A program made the translations under genes and the position numbers. A stretch of 64,000 nt of DNA from a virus (lineage: Duplodnaviria > Caudoviricetes), in IMG/VR virus record IMGVR_UViG_3300016672_000090, positions 1 to 64,000 of that record; one strand, given 5' to 3'. Each line of letters starts with the position of its first letter. Position 1 is the first letter of the stretch. Below the pieces are notes generated by a model. That model was not told the origin of the DNA. It searched no databases and was given only the letters and a program-made list of their open reading frames with translations. This document shows positions 48,409 to 57,564 of the stretch, one piece after another.

Positions 48409-49137
48409 TTAATTGGCGGAGTTTTGCTCAGCAACCGGGCGCTCGATGAACACATAACTGGCCATGAACAGTTCCAACGACAACAACTCAGTGGTGGTCG
48501 TGTTCGGGCTACGAATCTGAACATCGATACCGCGCAGACAAGTCCAGTCGGAGACATCGAGCGAATCAAGAATCCACTTACGGCGCTTGTGCGGGAGAGT
48601 GATTCGCGGGTTGTCCTGGAATACGTCACCCAGCTTCCAGTTGATCGGCTTCGCCATATCTAGGTGGGACACATCCACTACGCGCGCCTCTGGGAGCGCC
48701 AAAGATTCCTCTAAGACGCGGATAAGGCGCTCTGTAGCTTCTGGATCTTCGGAGGCGGCTGCAACATCGGGATTGAGCGGCGGCTCAGTTGGCAGGTAAT
48801 TGGCGAACGGGATTGCTTCGCCCTGACCTATTGGGAGGTTGAGAGCGGGCGCCAGTTCAGCATCAGGGTCGGCAGTTGGCGCACTAACCGACAGTAGCGG
48901 CGCCAGGGAAGGACACTCCAGCAGATCCGCAAACGTCTTGTACAAGCCTTGCGCGGGCTCAATCGGCACGCAGACATAACCCAACTCGGCCAGGCTATTG
49001 TTCAGCTCGCCCAGCAGCTTGGGGATAGAGCCAGCGCCGACGATCAGCACCCGTTGAGCTTCGATAACGGATGCCTTCGCCTGCGCCAGCTCGCGCATTA
49101 CAAGTTCACTACCACGCACCGCTAATACTTCGCTCAT
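48409..49137 (-). CDS. Hypothetical protein
   Basis: 242 aa ORF. Confidence 0.6.
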   Translation of the reverse strand: MSEVLAVRGSELVMRELAQAKASVIEAQRVLIVGAGSIPKLLGELNNSLAELGYVCVPIEPAQGLYKTFADLLECPSLAPLLSVSAPTADPDAELAPALNLPIGQGEAIPFANYLPTEPPLNPDVAAASEDPEATERLIRVLEESLALPEARVVDVSHLDMAKPINWKLGDVFQDNPRITLPHKRRKWILDSLDVSDWTCLRGIDVQIRSPNTTTTELLSLELFMASYVFIERPVAEQNSAN

Positions 49138-49179
49138 GCCCTACGCCTTATATTCGGTCGGCCCGAATGGCCGTAGGGC

Positions 49180-49227
49180 TAACTCTAAAGCACTAAAACG
49201 TATTAACTCTTTAGTGGCTTTGCACTG
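49180..49227. repeat. Phased octamer array
   Basis: taactcta aagcacta aaacgtat taactctt tagtggct ttgcactg. Confidence 0.7.
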
Positions 49228-49230
49228 TTT

Positions 49231-49686
49231 CTAGTGAGTGGGAGAGGGATTCATAGCGAGTGCGTGCGCCAGCTTTCTCGCCGCTCCTACCTCAGCCCGC
49301 ATGCCCTCCAAATCGACAAGGCTTTGATATGCCCGCTCGCTTGTCTCGGGTGTTGAGTACGCGACCAGAAAGCTATTGATCAGACTTTTGAGAAGGCCAG
49401 CCGTATCGTGATTTTTGATGATCGACATAACGGTGAGCTGCTCAAGGACTACCGCAGGTGTTTGGTTGAAAAAATCGACTCCTAGACGGTCAGCTATATC
49501 GGCAAGGCATAAGCCAATCTGCTGGCGGGCCTCGGCTGGATTCAGGCGGATGCGCTGGCCATCTTCCAACTTACCGGCGCCCCCAAGACGGCGCCCGGCC
49601 ATTGAACCGTACGGGGTGTGATCCAGTTCGCTCAACTTGGCCTCAACGGCCTGAGCGATGTCAGTAGCTTTGTCAGTGCTCATCAT
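49231..49686 (-). CDS. Hypothetical protein
   Basis: 151 aa ORF. Confidence 0.6.
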   Translation of the reverse strand: MMSTDKATDIAQAVEAKLSELDHTPYGSMAGRRLGGAGKLEDGQRIRLNPAEARQQIGLCLADIADRLGVDFFNQTPAVVLEQLTVMSIIKNHDTAGLLKSLINSFLVAYSTPETSERAYQSLVDLEGMRAEVGAARKLAHALAMNPSPTH

Positions 49687-49688
49687 GA

Positions 49689-50171
49689 TTAAGCGGCCTT
49701 CTTATTGTCGCGGCGAATGGAGCTTGGGCGCGTAGAAACATCGCCGTTTTTGGTCAGTGTGGTTTGATGCGCCTCGACCTTTACCCGGATCGCTTCAAGC
49801 TCGTGCGGGGTATGCGCCAGCTCTACAACCCCTTGGGCGCCTACCGCAAAGGAGATATCACCGGCACCACGCCGCTTACCATGCAGGCGAACGTACTGAA
49901 CTGTTCCCACGCTCACCTCAACCCGCAGCACGGGAGTAGCGACTTTCACGCCTCCCACGGGAAACCACACCACATCACCCACAACAATATCGGCGGCAGA
50001 CTTCTCAGTTAGGGTTTTCATAAACGCGCGCGCAGCTTGGCCGCGCCGTGTAAGGAACGATCCATTGCCATCGCAGCGAGGACATTCAACAAGGGCACGC
50101 ATTCCGGTACCGGCGCATTGACTGCACGGACCTGATTCGAATCGTGGTGCCTGTAATAGGGCCTTTTTCAT
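49689..50171 (-). CDS. DnaJ-type Zn-finger protein
   Basis: CSQCAGTG...CPRCDGNG. Confidence 0.7.
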   Translation of the reverse strand: MKKALLQAPRFESGPCSQCAGTGMRALVECPRCDGNGSFLTRRGQAARAFMKTLTEKSAADIVVGDVVWFPVGGVKVATPVLRVEVSVGTVQYVRLHGKRRGAGDISFAVGAQGVVELAHTPHELEAIRVKVEAHQTTLTKNGDVSTRPSSIRRDNKKAA

Positions 50172-50208
50172 ATCGGTTTATCTCTGGCGATTTTAGTTAT
50201 TTATGGGG

Positions 50209-50400
50209 TTAGCAGTCGTCGCACATAAAGCGCAACTCCTTGTAGCAGCGGGGGTCAAGCCCGTGCTTGCCGCAATTCATGGTGCAGGTCTTGGTTTTCG
50301 GATCGAACTTGGCCAGGGCAGCCGGGGCAGCTCGCTCCCACACAAACGCCTGCTCGGGTGCTGGATGGACGGGACGGGGCTTTCGGGCCTTTAAAGCCAT
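50209..50400 (-). CDS. Small Cys protein
   Basis: CTMNCG...ELRFMCDDC. Confidence 0.55.
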   Translation of the reverse strand: MALKARKPRPVHPAPEQAFVWERAAPAALAKFDPKTKTCTMNCGKHGLDPRCYKELRFMCDDC

Positions 50401-50402
50401 AG

Positions 50403-50651
50403 CTATGCACCTCCACTGTCTAGATATGCGCCGTAATGCTTCACGGAATCAGTTCCTTCATGGTCAGTGTTGTTGCGCTCCAGAATCGCCTCACAGGCCG
50501 AACTTTTGCGAATTTCGTCTTTTAGGGAAGCGTCTACCACGGTGAAATGCAGATTTCCGTCAATACCGACTAGCACCAGCCCCGCGCGCTTGATGCGCAG
50601 TAGTGCAGCCTCAAGCTGCTTTATGGCTTCCAACTGGTTCTTTTTCATCAT
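50403..50651 (-). CDS. Hypothetical protein
   Basis: Coupled ORF. Confidence 0.55.
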   Translation of the reverse strand: MMKKNQLEAIKQLEAALLRIKRAGLVLVGIDGNLHFTVVDASLKDEIRKSSACEAILERNNTDHEGTDSVKHYGAYLDSGGA

Positions 50652-51043
50652 TTACCACCTGGTGGGAGGTCGGTCGTCGACAGCACGTCCCCCAACCACT
50701 TCGTTATACGTCCCTGCTCATCTGCGGTTGCCCGATGCATGAAAGCACGCACCTCATCGGCAGCCATCTGGACGGCTTCCAGCTTCGTCGCGGCAAACTT
50801 CCCCCACTTAGCCAGAGCCTTGTAGCCTTGGCCTGATCCGTTACGCGAATCCAGGCATGCCGACCATAGCCATTGCTCGCAGTGCGGCACGACCTCGATG
50901 CGTACCAGCGGCAACGAGCCCATGGTGCCACCAGCGGAGCCGTGCGCCCACTTATGGGGCCGCATCAGGTCTAGCGTCATGCTTTGGCCTGAACAGACGG
51001 GAGGTGGTGCAGAAAACATATCAAGCTGAATGCCGGGGGTCAT
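50648..51043 (-). CDS. Hypothetical protein
   Basis: Coupled ORF beginning QLDMF. Confidence 0.55.
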   Translation of the reverse strand: MTPGIQLDMFSAPPPVCSGQSMTLDLMRPHKWAHGSAGGTMGSLPLVRIEVVPHCEQWLWSACLDSRNGSGQGYKALAKWGKFAATKLEAVQMAADEVRAFMHRATADEQGRITKWLGDVLSTTDLPPGGK

Positions 51044-51288
51044 GGATCAACCTTGGCAATGCAAGCCGCCAACTGCTCAAGCGTGTACTGGACGGTGTAG
51101 GGAGCAGGCCGAAAAGTGTCCTCGTTCAGGCTCAGGTAGTAGCGCATAACACGCTCACTCAACCCCAAGGCCTGCGCCACATCAGCCTGACTCATGCCGC
51201 ATGCCGACACGAGACTGCGCATGTAGGCAGCCTCAGGGTTGTGCAGGGAAACGTCTGGCTTGGCGCCATGCAGACTTTTGAAATCCAT
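51040..51288 (-). CDS. XRE HTH protein
   Basis: HNPEAAYMRSLV..CGMSQADVAQALGLSERVMRYYLS. Confidence 0.8.
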   Translation of the reverse strand: MDFKSLHGAKPDVSLHNPEAAYMRSLVSACGMSQADVAQALGLSERVMRYYLSLNEDTFRPAPYTVQYTLEQLAACIAKVDP

Positions 51289-51348
51289 AATCGAACCTCT
51301 GGTTAATAGAAAACCCCCAATAAAGGGGGTTGCACGTTCGGCCACCAG

Positions 51349-51600
51349 CTACGCGGCTTCGCTTTCGTCTGCAACAGCGGTGCAGTGCTCAAGGCAGACA
51401 CAACCGCTCTTGCCTTCAAGCCAGATCACAGCAGAGTGCCCGCTGAGCACCTGAGCGGCGCTGTTCGACTTGCCACGGAAGGTTTCACCCTCGCCCACAA
51501 TCTCTTCAAACGATACGGTGGTGCCTTCCGGGTGCTTGGCGTTCCAGTTGTCGCACTGCTTTTGAAGCTGGGCAGCGGTCGGGCGTTTTGGTGCTGGCAT
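51349..51600 (-). CDS. Conserved small phage protein
   Basis: WN..HP.GT.V...A.VLSGH.AVIWL.G..GCV.L. Confidence 0.65.
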   Translation of the reverse strand: MPAPKRPTAAQLQKQCDNWNAKHPEGTTVSFEEIVGEGETFRGKSNSAAQVLSGHSAVIWLEGKSGCVCLEHCTAVADESEAA

Positions 51601-51732
51601 CAGTGAATCTCCTATGGGTTGTACGCACTTGGCCCGCGCATGGCGGGCCTTAATGTCAATTCCTGTGATGCTCTATACAAGCCGTTTCGCTTTCAAACAC
51701 CTGCTCAGCGCCAGCCAGGTTAAGCGGAATGT

Positions 51733-52197
51733 TCAGGCGGTTACGATGATCGGAGCGCCAACGAGCTTGCTTCGATAGTTCTGATTTACAAATTTGCCAG
51801 CCTTGTGGGTGTCGACAGCCTTTTGAGCGTCCGCCGCCAGCCAGTGCGCCGACAGCACGCTCAGCTTGCCCGCTGCGTCATAGCCGACGACTACAGCCAT
51901 GTACTGGTTGGAAGTACCTCGACTAGCTGTGTCGCCGTTCGCGAGGGTTACGGTCAGCTTCTTTGCAGTGCGGGTTACTACTGGGACGGACAGATCCGCT
52001 TCAAGAGTCCACTCAGCGCGCAAGCCACGCTTATCTGCTTCGACCTGGAATGCCGGCAGCATTTCGGCGGGCATGCTCTTGCCCAGGGTTTCGATGCGAC
52101 AGATGCAATCAAGCAAGGTGAGGTCATTCAAAGCGGCGAAGTACTGGGTGACGTAGGCGGCGCCTATCAGTTGGTCCAGATTCATTGTCTTGGTCAT
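51733..52197 (-). CDS. First gene of a strong-promoter early operon, function unknown
   Basis: SD ggag; follows a consensus promoter. Confidence 0.65.
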   Translation of the reverse strand: MTKTMNLDQLIGAAYVTQYFAALNDLTLLDCICRIETLGKSMPAEMLPAFQVEADKRGLRAEWTLEADLSVPVVTRTAKKLTVTLANGDTASRGTSNQYMAVVVGYDAAGKLSVLSAHWLAADAQKAVDTHKAGKFVNQNYRSKLVGAPIIVTA

Positions 52198-52246
52198 GGC
52201 TCAGTGCTCCGCTGCTGTAGGGTGCCGCTGGCTGCGGCTTGGCGTC

Positions 52247-52275
52247 ACTATAGGCACGACGTGCCTATAGGTCAA
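52247..52275 (-). promoter_or_regulatory. Near-consensus sigma70 promoter overlapped by a 23-bp palindrome
   Basis: TTGACC-N17-TATAGT; CTATAGGCACG-A-CGTGCCTATAG at 52248-52270. Confidence 0.8.
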
Positions 52276-52323
52276 TAACTCTTTAGCGCTTTAACTCTTT
52301 AGAGCAATAACTATATAACGCTA
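52276..52323. repeat. Phased octamer array
   Basis: taactctt tagcgctt taactctt tagagcaa taactata taacgcta. Confidence 0.8.
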
Positions 52324-52396
52324 ATCCGCTATCGAGCGCCAACAAAAAGCCCGCACGCGGCGGGCTTCCTGTTGCTATGGGTCATTAGAGGCCAGG

Positions 52397-55300
52397 CTAG
52401 AACGCGCTAGCCGTAGCCTTAAGCGCATAGTCCCGGAATGCATCTGAGGCTTCGATAAACAGCTCGCTCAACTTGTCTTCGCCATAGGCCGCATAGATGC
52501 GCTCAAGCTCCTTAAGCACATCGCTGGCGCTGCCTAAGTCGGTAGTGCCGCCAATGATGTCGTCGAGGTAGGACTTTGCCTGTTGTACGGCTTCGTCTTC
52601 GTCCGGCTCTTCTGGTGGCGCTGATTGAGGGGGTTGGCTGAACATGTCGGCCTGATCAATGGCGAATAACCCCTCGCCATACTCCTGCTCAAGTTTTCGG
52701 TTAGCGGCGCTCACAATGTCTGTGAAGCTGGCCGGCTCATCACCAAACAGGCCAGCGGTCTGCTTGCGGATATTCTCGCTTTCCACGAACTGGGCCATGG
52801 CCTTGAATGCGGTGCTCATGCGCTTGGCGCTGCGGTTGTTGGCGCTGATGAATACCGCCATAGCTGCGATAGCCGGGTCAGTGCCGCCGAACATGTCACC
52901 CTGGCGTAGGAACTCGTCCAAGCCCATGCCAGCCTCTTTTGCCTGGCGCAGCACATTGGTAGCGCCAATGATGGCGTTTACCGCTTCTTGGTTAAGCGAC
53001 AGCTCCAGGGAGTCGGTGACCTGCTCGCCAGCTTTTTCGGCGCCGATCCGGTCCTGTTCCTTGGCGCGCATGAAGTCTGGGGCGGCGCTGTTCAATGCTG
53101 AGACGATATTTGCAATCTCAGGCTTGGCCTGATCCGCCGTCATTTCAAGCAAACGGTCATCGGAGTAGGCGCCAGCAAACAGTGCGGCCTGTAGGCGACT
53201 GATCAGGCCAGACGTTGGCTTGCCGTCAGTGGTCAAGTACTGCGCCGCCTCGGCATCGCCCAGCGATTGCAGGAAGGCAGCCACAAAGTCACGGTTTGCG
53301 GCGCTGTTGAGGTCGCCGTCGGTGAGCTTGGCCAGCATGGCGGTGTCCAGGCGCTTGGCATCACTGCGGGCCTTCTCGGTAGCAGTCATCGCCAGCTTGT
53401 CGTCTTGGTTCGACTCCACAGCGAACTCCACGCGATTCACTTCTGTTTTCCGCACCCGCACCAGCACCGGCGCCTTCATACGTTGGATCTTGGCCGGGTC
53501 GACGGCGAAGTACTCCGCGTTTTCCAGAAGCCACTCCCGGTATTCGTCGGCCTGGCCAATACGGTAGGCCTCACGGATCGCCATGGCGCGACCGTTGCCC
53601 GATTCGACCACACGGTCAGCACCAACGATAGGGGCGCCGCTGTCGGCACGCTGGGTGCGGCCAAGGCTGTCCGGGTCAAGGTTGCGTGCGGTTTTCTGCA
53701 CCCATGCCTGTGACGTGGTACGCGCTCGGTCACGCGGCTGAATTTCAGGCGGGTATTCCGGGTTTACGGTGCCGTCAGTCTCGTGGCTGATGATCAGGTT
53801 CTTCGCCTCGATCACCTTGAAACCGGTCACGACCTTGGTGCCCTTGGCAGTTTTTACGGTGTTGTCGCGGCCTTCGGCTTCAATGGTGCCAGTGTCTTCG
53901 TTGGTGTCAGGCTCTACGGCGGGTACCGCTACGGGCTCGGGGGGCATTTCAACCACAGCGGAGGCCTGATCAGCTCGCCACTTCTCAATAAACAGCAGCG
54001 CGGTACCGAGGGCTGTACCCACGGCAGACTCAATGCCATTTTCTAAAGTGCTCGACCCCATGCTTTCCTGGCCGTTAACGCCAGGCTTGAGGATGTAGGC
54101 AGTCAACATGCTCCCGCCAGCAGTTGGGCGCAGTCGAATGCCGTAACCGTCTGCGGCAATAGCTGTAAAGCCGTCCGGATCGATGTCGCTAACGAACTCG
54201 GCAGGCACCAGGCGCCGCGCTACCTCATTGAGGGTTTCGGCTTTTGGCTCCGGTACAACTTCCGGTTCGACTGCGGCACGCATATCGGCAATATTATCGG
54301 CGCCCGAGGCAATGACACGCTCGGCAATGGCAACGCCCTCGGCTTTGCTTGCAGCGGTTGCCAAGTGGGTACTGGCCCAGCTCACGCCCCATTCACCGGT
54401 GTCTACATACTTCGTCTTGGCGACAGTCACCGGCCCGGCGGGGCCTTGAAGAATTACCGGCGACTCATCTACAGCGGACGCGGCGGATGGATCGACAACG
54501 CCTGACAGGTCGACGACTTCACCCACACGCGCCTCATAGTCGTCAGTGTTGAGTAACTTCGTCATGTACTGCTTGCCGTCTTTGTCGAAGTAAACGTTTT
54601 CAGAGCCCACACTGATTACGGTGGCCATCCCTAGCGCGGCTACTTCGGCGTAGTCCTCAAGGATGCTGCTGGACACACTCACAGCGGGCACCGATTCCGG
54701 CTCTACGACTACAGGTGGTTGCACTGGCTCGACAACTGGCGTCGCCTTCTTCTGCTCAAGCTGGGCGGTCAAATCGAGGATCTGCGCGTCCAGGCTGGCC
54801 AACTGCCCGGTTTTTGCTTCTACAAGCGCCTTTTGCTCATCGAGCGCGGCAGTGCTGGCGGCTTTGTTCTCGTTCGCCTTGATGAACTTCGCGCTGTTCT
54901 TCTGAATCAGCGCCATGATGCGGCGTGCCACGATACGCGGGTTGATGTCCTGGCCACGCTCAGGCGCCACCACGGCGGTGATGTCCTTCTTGTTCTGTAC
55001 CCACTTCCAGCTGATCAGTTCGTCGGATGGCGTCAGCTTGTTGGGCGTGCTGTCTGGGTTGTGGAAGAACACGCTAACGCTCTGGCCATCGTCCATGCCA
55101 AATAACATGGCCACCTGAGTGGTGCCCTTGCTCTTGAATGGCTTGCTCACTTCGACGGTGAGGGCTTTCACGTCACTGCTTGCCGCCTGCATCACACGCA
55201 GGAGCTGGCCAGCCTTGCGTTCGAACTGCTTGTACTCGATCACCATGGCGTCGAGCATTTCCCCGCTTTCGCCCAGGTGCTCGGTGATATCGGTCATGGT

Positions 55301-55978
55301 GGCGCTATCCATCAGCAGGCCGCTAGGATCTGCTCGGCGCATTTCATACAGCACCGCGCCCACGGTTTCGCCCACCGGGAGGTTATCGGCGCCCCAGCGC
55401 GTCAGTACATCAGTCATGCTCAAAGCCTCATCTTTTGGAATATTTGGTAAGTCAGGGGATAGGGGCTTGTTTAGATCCCCGTGCCTGAGCCAGTACTTGA
55501 ACTGCTTGATGGTGCAGGCCGCGACACTGCCAAGGCCGGACCAGCCCTTTTCGTAGGAATTCATGTAGGCGGTGCAGGCCTGTACCTGATCGGTGAAGCC
55601 AAGCATTACCTTATGCTCGTCGAATACCGGCTCATCGAATGAGCGGTCGACCTTCTTCACCTGATTGATCACGTACACGCACAGGCTCTCGGGCGCCGGG
55701 CCTACAAACACGTCCACAGCGTCCCCGTCTGCACCCTTGGTCCCGTTCACATAGCCGTAGTGCGCCATACAGGTGATTGACCATGGTTTGCCGTCTTGCT
55801 TGCCACGGCGCGACTGGAACATAGGGGTTTCGATGGTGATCCGCAGGCCATGCATGCGAAAGCTGCCCTTGGCGTAGTTCCCGGCGCGGATCTGTGCGGG
55901 TGTGGGCTCTGCGCGAGAACCCATCCCGAAAGCGCCAGCATGGGCGGCGCTTTGGAGTTTGCTAAAAAGGTCGGACAT
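52397..55978 (-). CDS. darA: DarA-like polyvalent head protein: InPase + DarA_N + ddrB-like ParB + DarA_C-like
   Basis: PT.AQ..AGNY.KG...HYGY..GT.GADGD.VDVF (InPase); DDGQSVSVFFH...NKKDIT..VAP...KNSAKF (P1 DarA N); NPEYP..IQPRDR...DSGAPIV...VESGNGR (ddrB-ParB); helical C-terminus. Confidence 0.85.
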   Translation of the reverse strand: MSDLFSKLQSAAHAGAFGMGSRAEPTPAQIRAGNYAKGSFRMHGLRITIETPMFQSRRGKQDGKPWSITCMAHYGYVNGTKGADGDAVDVFVGPAPESLCVYVINQVKKVDRSFDEPVFDEHKVMLGFTDQVQACTAYMNSYEKGWSGLGSVAACTIKQFKYWLRHGDLNKPLSPDLPNIPKDEALSMTDVLTRWGADNLPVGETVGAVLYEMRRADPSGLLMDSATMTDITEHLGESGEMLDAMVIEYKQFERKAGQLLRVMQAASSDVKALTVEVSKPFKSKGTTQVAMLFGMDDGQSVSVFFHNPDSTPNKLTPSDELISWKWVQNKKDITAVVAPERGQDINPRIVARRIMALIQKNSAKFIKANENKAASTAALDEQKALVEAKTGQLASLDAQILDLTAQLEQKKATPVVEPVQPPVVVEPESVPAVSVSSSILEDYAEVAALGMATVISVGSENVYFDKDGKQYMTKLLNTDDYEARVGEVVDLSGVVDPSAASAVDESPVILQGPAGPVTVAKTKYVDTGEWGVSWASTHLATAASKAEGVAIAERVIASGADNIADMRAAVEPEVVPEPKAETLNEVARRLVPAEFVSDIDPDGFTAIAADGYGIRLRPTAGGSMLTAYILKPGVNGQESMGSSTLENGIESAVGTALGTALLFIEKWRADQASAVVEMPPEPVAVPAVEPDTNEDTGTIEAEGRDNTVKTAKGTKVVTGFKVIEAKNLIISHETDGTVNPEYPPEIQPRDRARTTSQAWVQKTARNLDPDSLGRTQRADSGAPIVGADRVVESGNGRAMAIREAYRIGQADEYREWLLENAEYFAVDPAKIQRMKAPVLVRVRKTEVNRVEFAVESNQDDKLAMTATEKARSDAKRLDTAMLAKLTDGDLNSAANRDFVAAFLQSLGDAEAAQYLTTDGKPTSGLISRLQAALFAGAYSDDRLLEMTADQAKPEIANIVSALNSAAPDFMRAKEQDRIGAEKAGEQVTDSLELSLNQEAVNAIIGATNVLRQAKEAGMGLDEFLRQGDMFGGTDPAIAAMAVFISANNRSAKRMSTAFKAMAQFVESENIRKQTAGLFGDEPASFTDIVSAANRKLEQEYGEGLFAIDQADMFSQPPQSAPPEEPDEDEAVQQAKSYLDDIIGGTTDLGSASDVLKELERIYAAYGEDKLSELFIEASDAFRDYALKATASAF

Positions 55979-56002
55979 AGAAGCGGCTCCCTGAAAGTAG
56001 CC

Positions 56003-56043
56003 ACGATACCGCCCGTTGCCCCCGCTCCCGGCTGACGGTTTGC
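56003..56043 (-). promoter_or_regulatory. Late promoter motif (darA-like)
   Basis: GCAAACC-N28-TATCGT. Confidence 0.75.
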
Positions 56044-56104
56044 GCCAAATCGCAGGCACAAAAAAGGGCGCCGCATGGGCACCCTTAGGGATGAAGCTAC
56101 CACC

Positions 56105-56353
56105 TTAGAATTCAGGCGTTGGTGCATTGTCGATCAGCTGCCCAATGACTTCGGACACAGTGCAACGGTTCTTAACGGCGATGAGTCGCAGTTTCTGATC
56201 CTGCTCCGCTGTGATGTAGGAGTTAAGACGCTCTTTGGCTCCCAGCTTGATTACTTTCGGCCTTTGGCTCGGACGGCCCGCCTCGATAGTATCGGCTGGT
56301 TTCACATCAGAGGGCGCACGTGCCGCGCGCGGCTTAATGGTTAAATCACTCAT
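56105..56353 (-). CDS. Small partition partner (ParG-like ribbon-helix-helix)
   Basis: Flexible N-terminus; ERLNSYI....DQKLRLIAVKNRCTVSEVIGQLID; downstream of parA. Confidence 0.75.
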   Translation of the reverse strand: MSDLTIKPRAARAPSDVKPADTIEAGRPSQRPKVIKLGAKERLNSYITAEQDQKLRLIAVKNRCTVSEVIGQLIDNAPTPEF

Positions 56354-56363
56354 GGCTTACCTT

Positions 56364-56411
56364 TAGCGTTAAGACGTTTTCAGCATGATAGTGCATGTAA
56401 CGCTTTAGCGT
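56364..56411. repeat. Degenerate octamer array between parA and the parG-like gene
   Basis: tagcgtta agacgttt ... taacgctt tagcgtct. Confidence 0.55.
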
Positions 56412-56415
56412 CTAA

Positions 56416-57057
56416 TCACGATGAGAGGAACGCCAGCACTTCGTTTTTTAACGCACACAGCTCATGAGCCGCAAGACCGCCTGGCCGGGTATCCAGAGGG
56501 GTACGCCCGGATGCTTGGGCTCTCGGATGGTCTTGGCGCTGCACCATACGGGTCTTAAACACCGGGAAACCGTAACCCGTAAGGGTCTTGGATATTTCCT
56601 TGCTGAGCTTCGTATTCCCGATGACGCGAGATACGACAAATGCCACTTTAACCGGCGCTTCGCCTGCGGCTACCTGATCGTCTTGATGATCTTTAATCAT
56701 GTTCACCATTTCGCTTGTTGCCCATACGTCTAAGGGCGACGGCTGTACGGGGATCAGAATCAGGTCCGCAACCTTGATCGTCTTCAAGGCTAGATCCGCA
56801 GCCTTCGCAGTGCCGTCGAGAATGACGAAATCATTTTTCAGCTTTGGTATTTCACGCTCAAGCGCTAGGCGCTCAATCACGTACACCTGCATAGGCTGTT
56901 CTTTATTCGCCTCTGCCCAGTCAAGCAAGCTGCCCTGCGGATCAGAATCAACTAGCACCACATCATGCCCGTCAAGGCTTAGCGCCCGCCCTAGACCTGT
57001 ACAGGTTGTTGTCTTGGCCGATCCGCCTTTCTGATTCATCACCGCAATAACTGTCAT
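56416..57057 (-). CDS. parA: Type Ib partition ATPase
   Basis: Deviant Walker A NQKGGSAKTT, DSDPQG, FVILDG, PVQPSPLDVWA; short, with no N-terminal HTH. Confidence 0.93.
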   Translation of the reverse strand: MTVIAVMNQKGGSAKTTTCTGLGRALSLDGHDVVLVDSDPQGSLLDWAEANKEQPMQVYVIERLALEREIPKLKNDFVILDGTAKAADLALKTIKVADLILIPVQPSPLDVWATSEMVNMIKDHQDDQVAAGEAPVKVAFVVSRVIGNTKLSKEISKTLTGYGFPVFKTRMVQRQDHPRAQASGRTPLDTRPGGLAAHELCALKNEVLAFLSS

Positions 57058-57093
57058 GCCCTGCGCTCCACCCAATTGATTATGGGCGGATTC

Positions 57094-57157
57094 TAGCGTT
57101 ATTACACTATAACGCAATAGGGCTGTTGCTCTATGGCGCCTTAGCGCTAAGGCGCCT
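57094..57157. repeat. Eight phased octamers upstream of parA (centromere/operator)
   Basis: tagcgtta ttacacta taacgcaa tagggctg ttgctcta tggcgcct tagcgcta aggcgcct. Confidence 0.75.
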
Positions 57158-57229
57158 ATGCTTGCTTGGGGCGTAAAAAAGCCCCGACTGGCGGGGCGCT
57201 TTGTATAGCAATTGCTGATCCTGGAACCC

Positions 57230-57505
57230 TTAATTAGACGCCAGCACCTGTACCGGCTCAGGACAACTAACCCGTGGGTCTTTGGGCCAAACCCCCTCAC
57301 TGATCATCTTGCAGGTCCACTCATGATCCGCTACAGCCTGATCGTAATCGCTACCACCTAACCCGGCTACCAATAGCAGATAGAGAGCTGCCATGAGCAA
57401 ACCCCCTAACCACATACCTATGCGGACCAACTTAAGCTGTTGTGCATTCATCGCTCTATTCCTTTTCGAGTCAGTCATAACCTTTGACGAAAAGAACATT
57501 ATCAT
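57230..57505 (-). CDS. Small membrane protein
   Basis: One transmembrane helix; C-terminal YC/WPD-type motif (WTCKMI..GVWP). Confidence 0.55.
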   Translation of the reverse strand: MIMFFSSKVMTDSKRNRAMNAQQLKLVRIGMWLGGLLMAALYLLLVAGLGGSDYDQAVADHEWTCKMISEGVWPKDPRVSCPEPVQVLASN

Positions 57506-57564
57506 TTGATTGTTTAAACAGCAAGCGATGCAACCTCCAAATTATGTATTTATGAGGATTTACC

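Noticed and set aside
51300-51340. GCAACCC hairpin as a late promoter
   Set aside because: The N28 position reads AGGTTC; more likely just a hairpin
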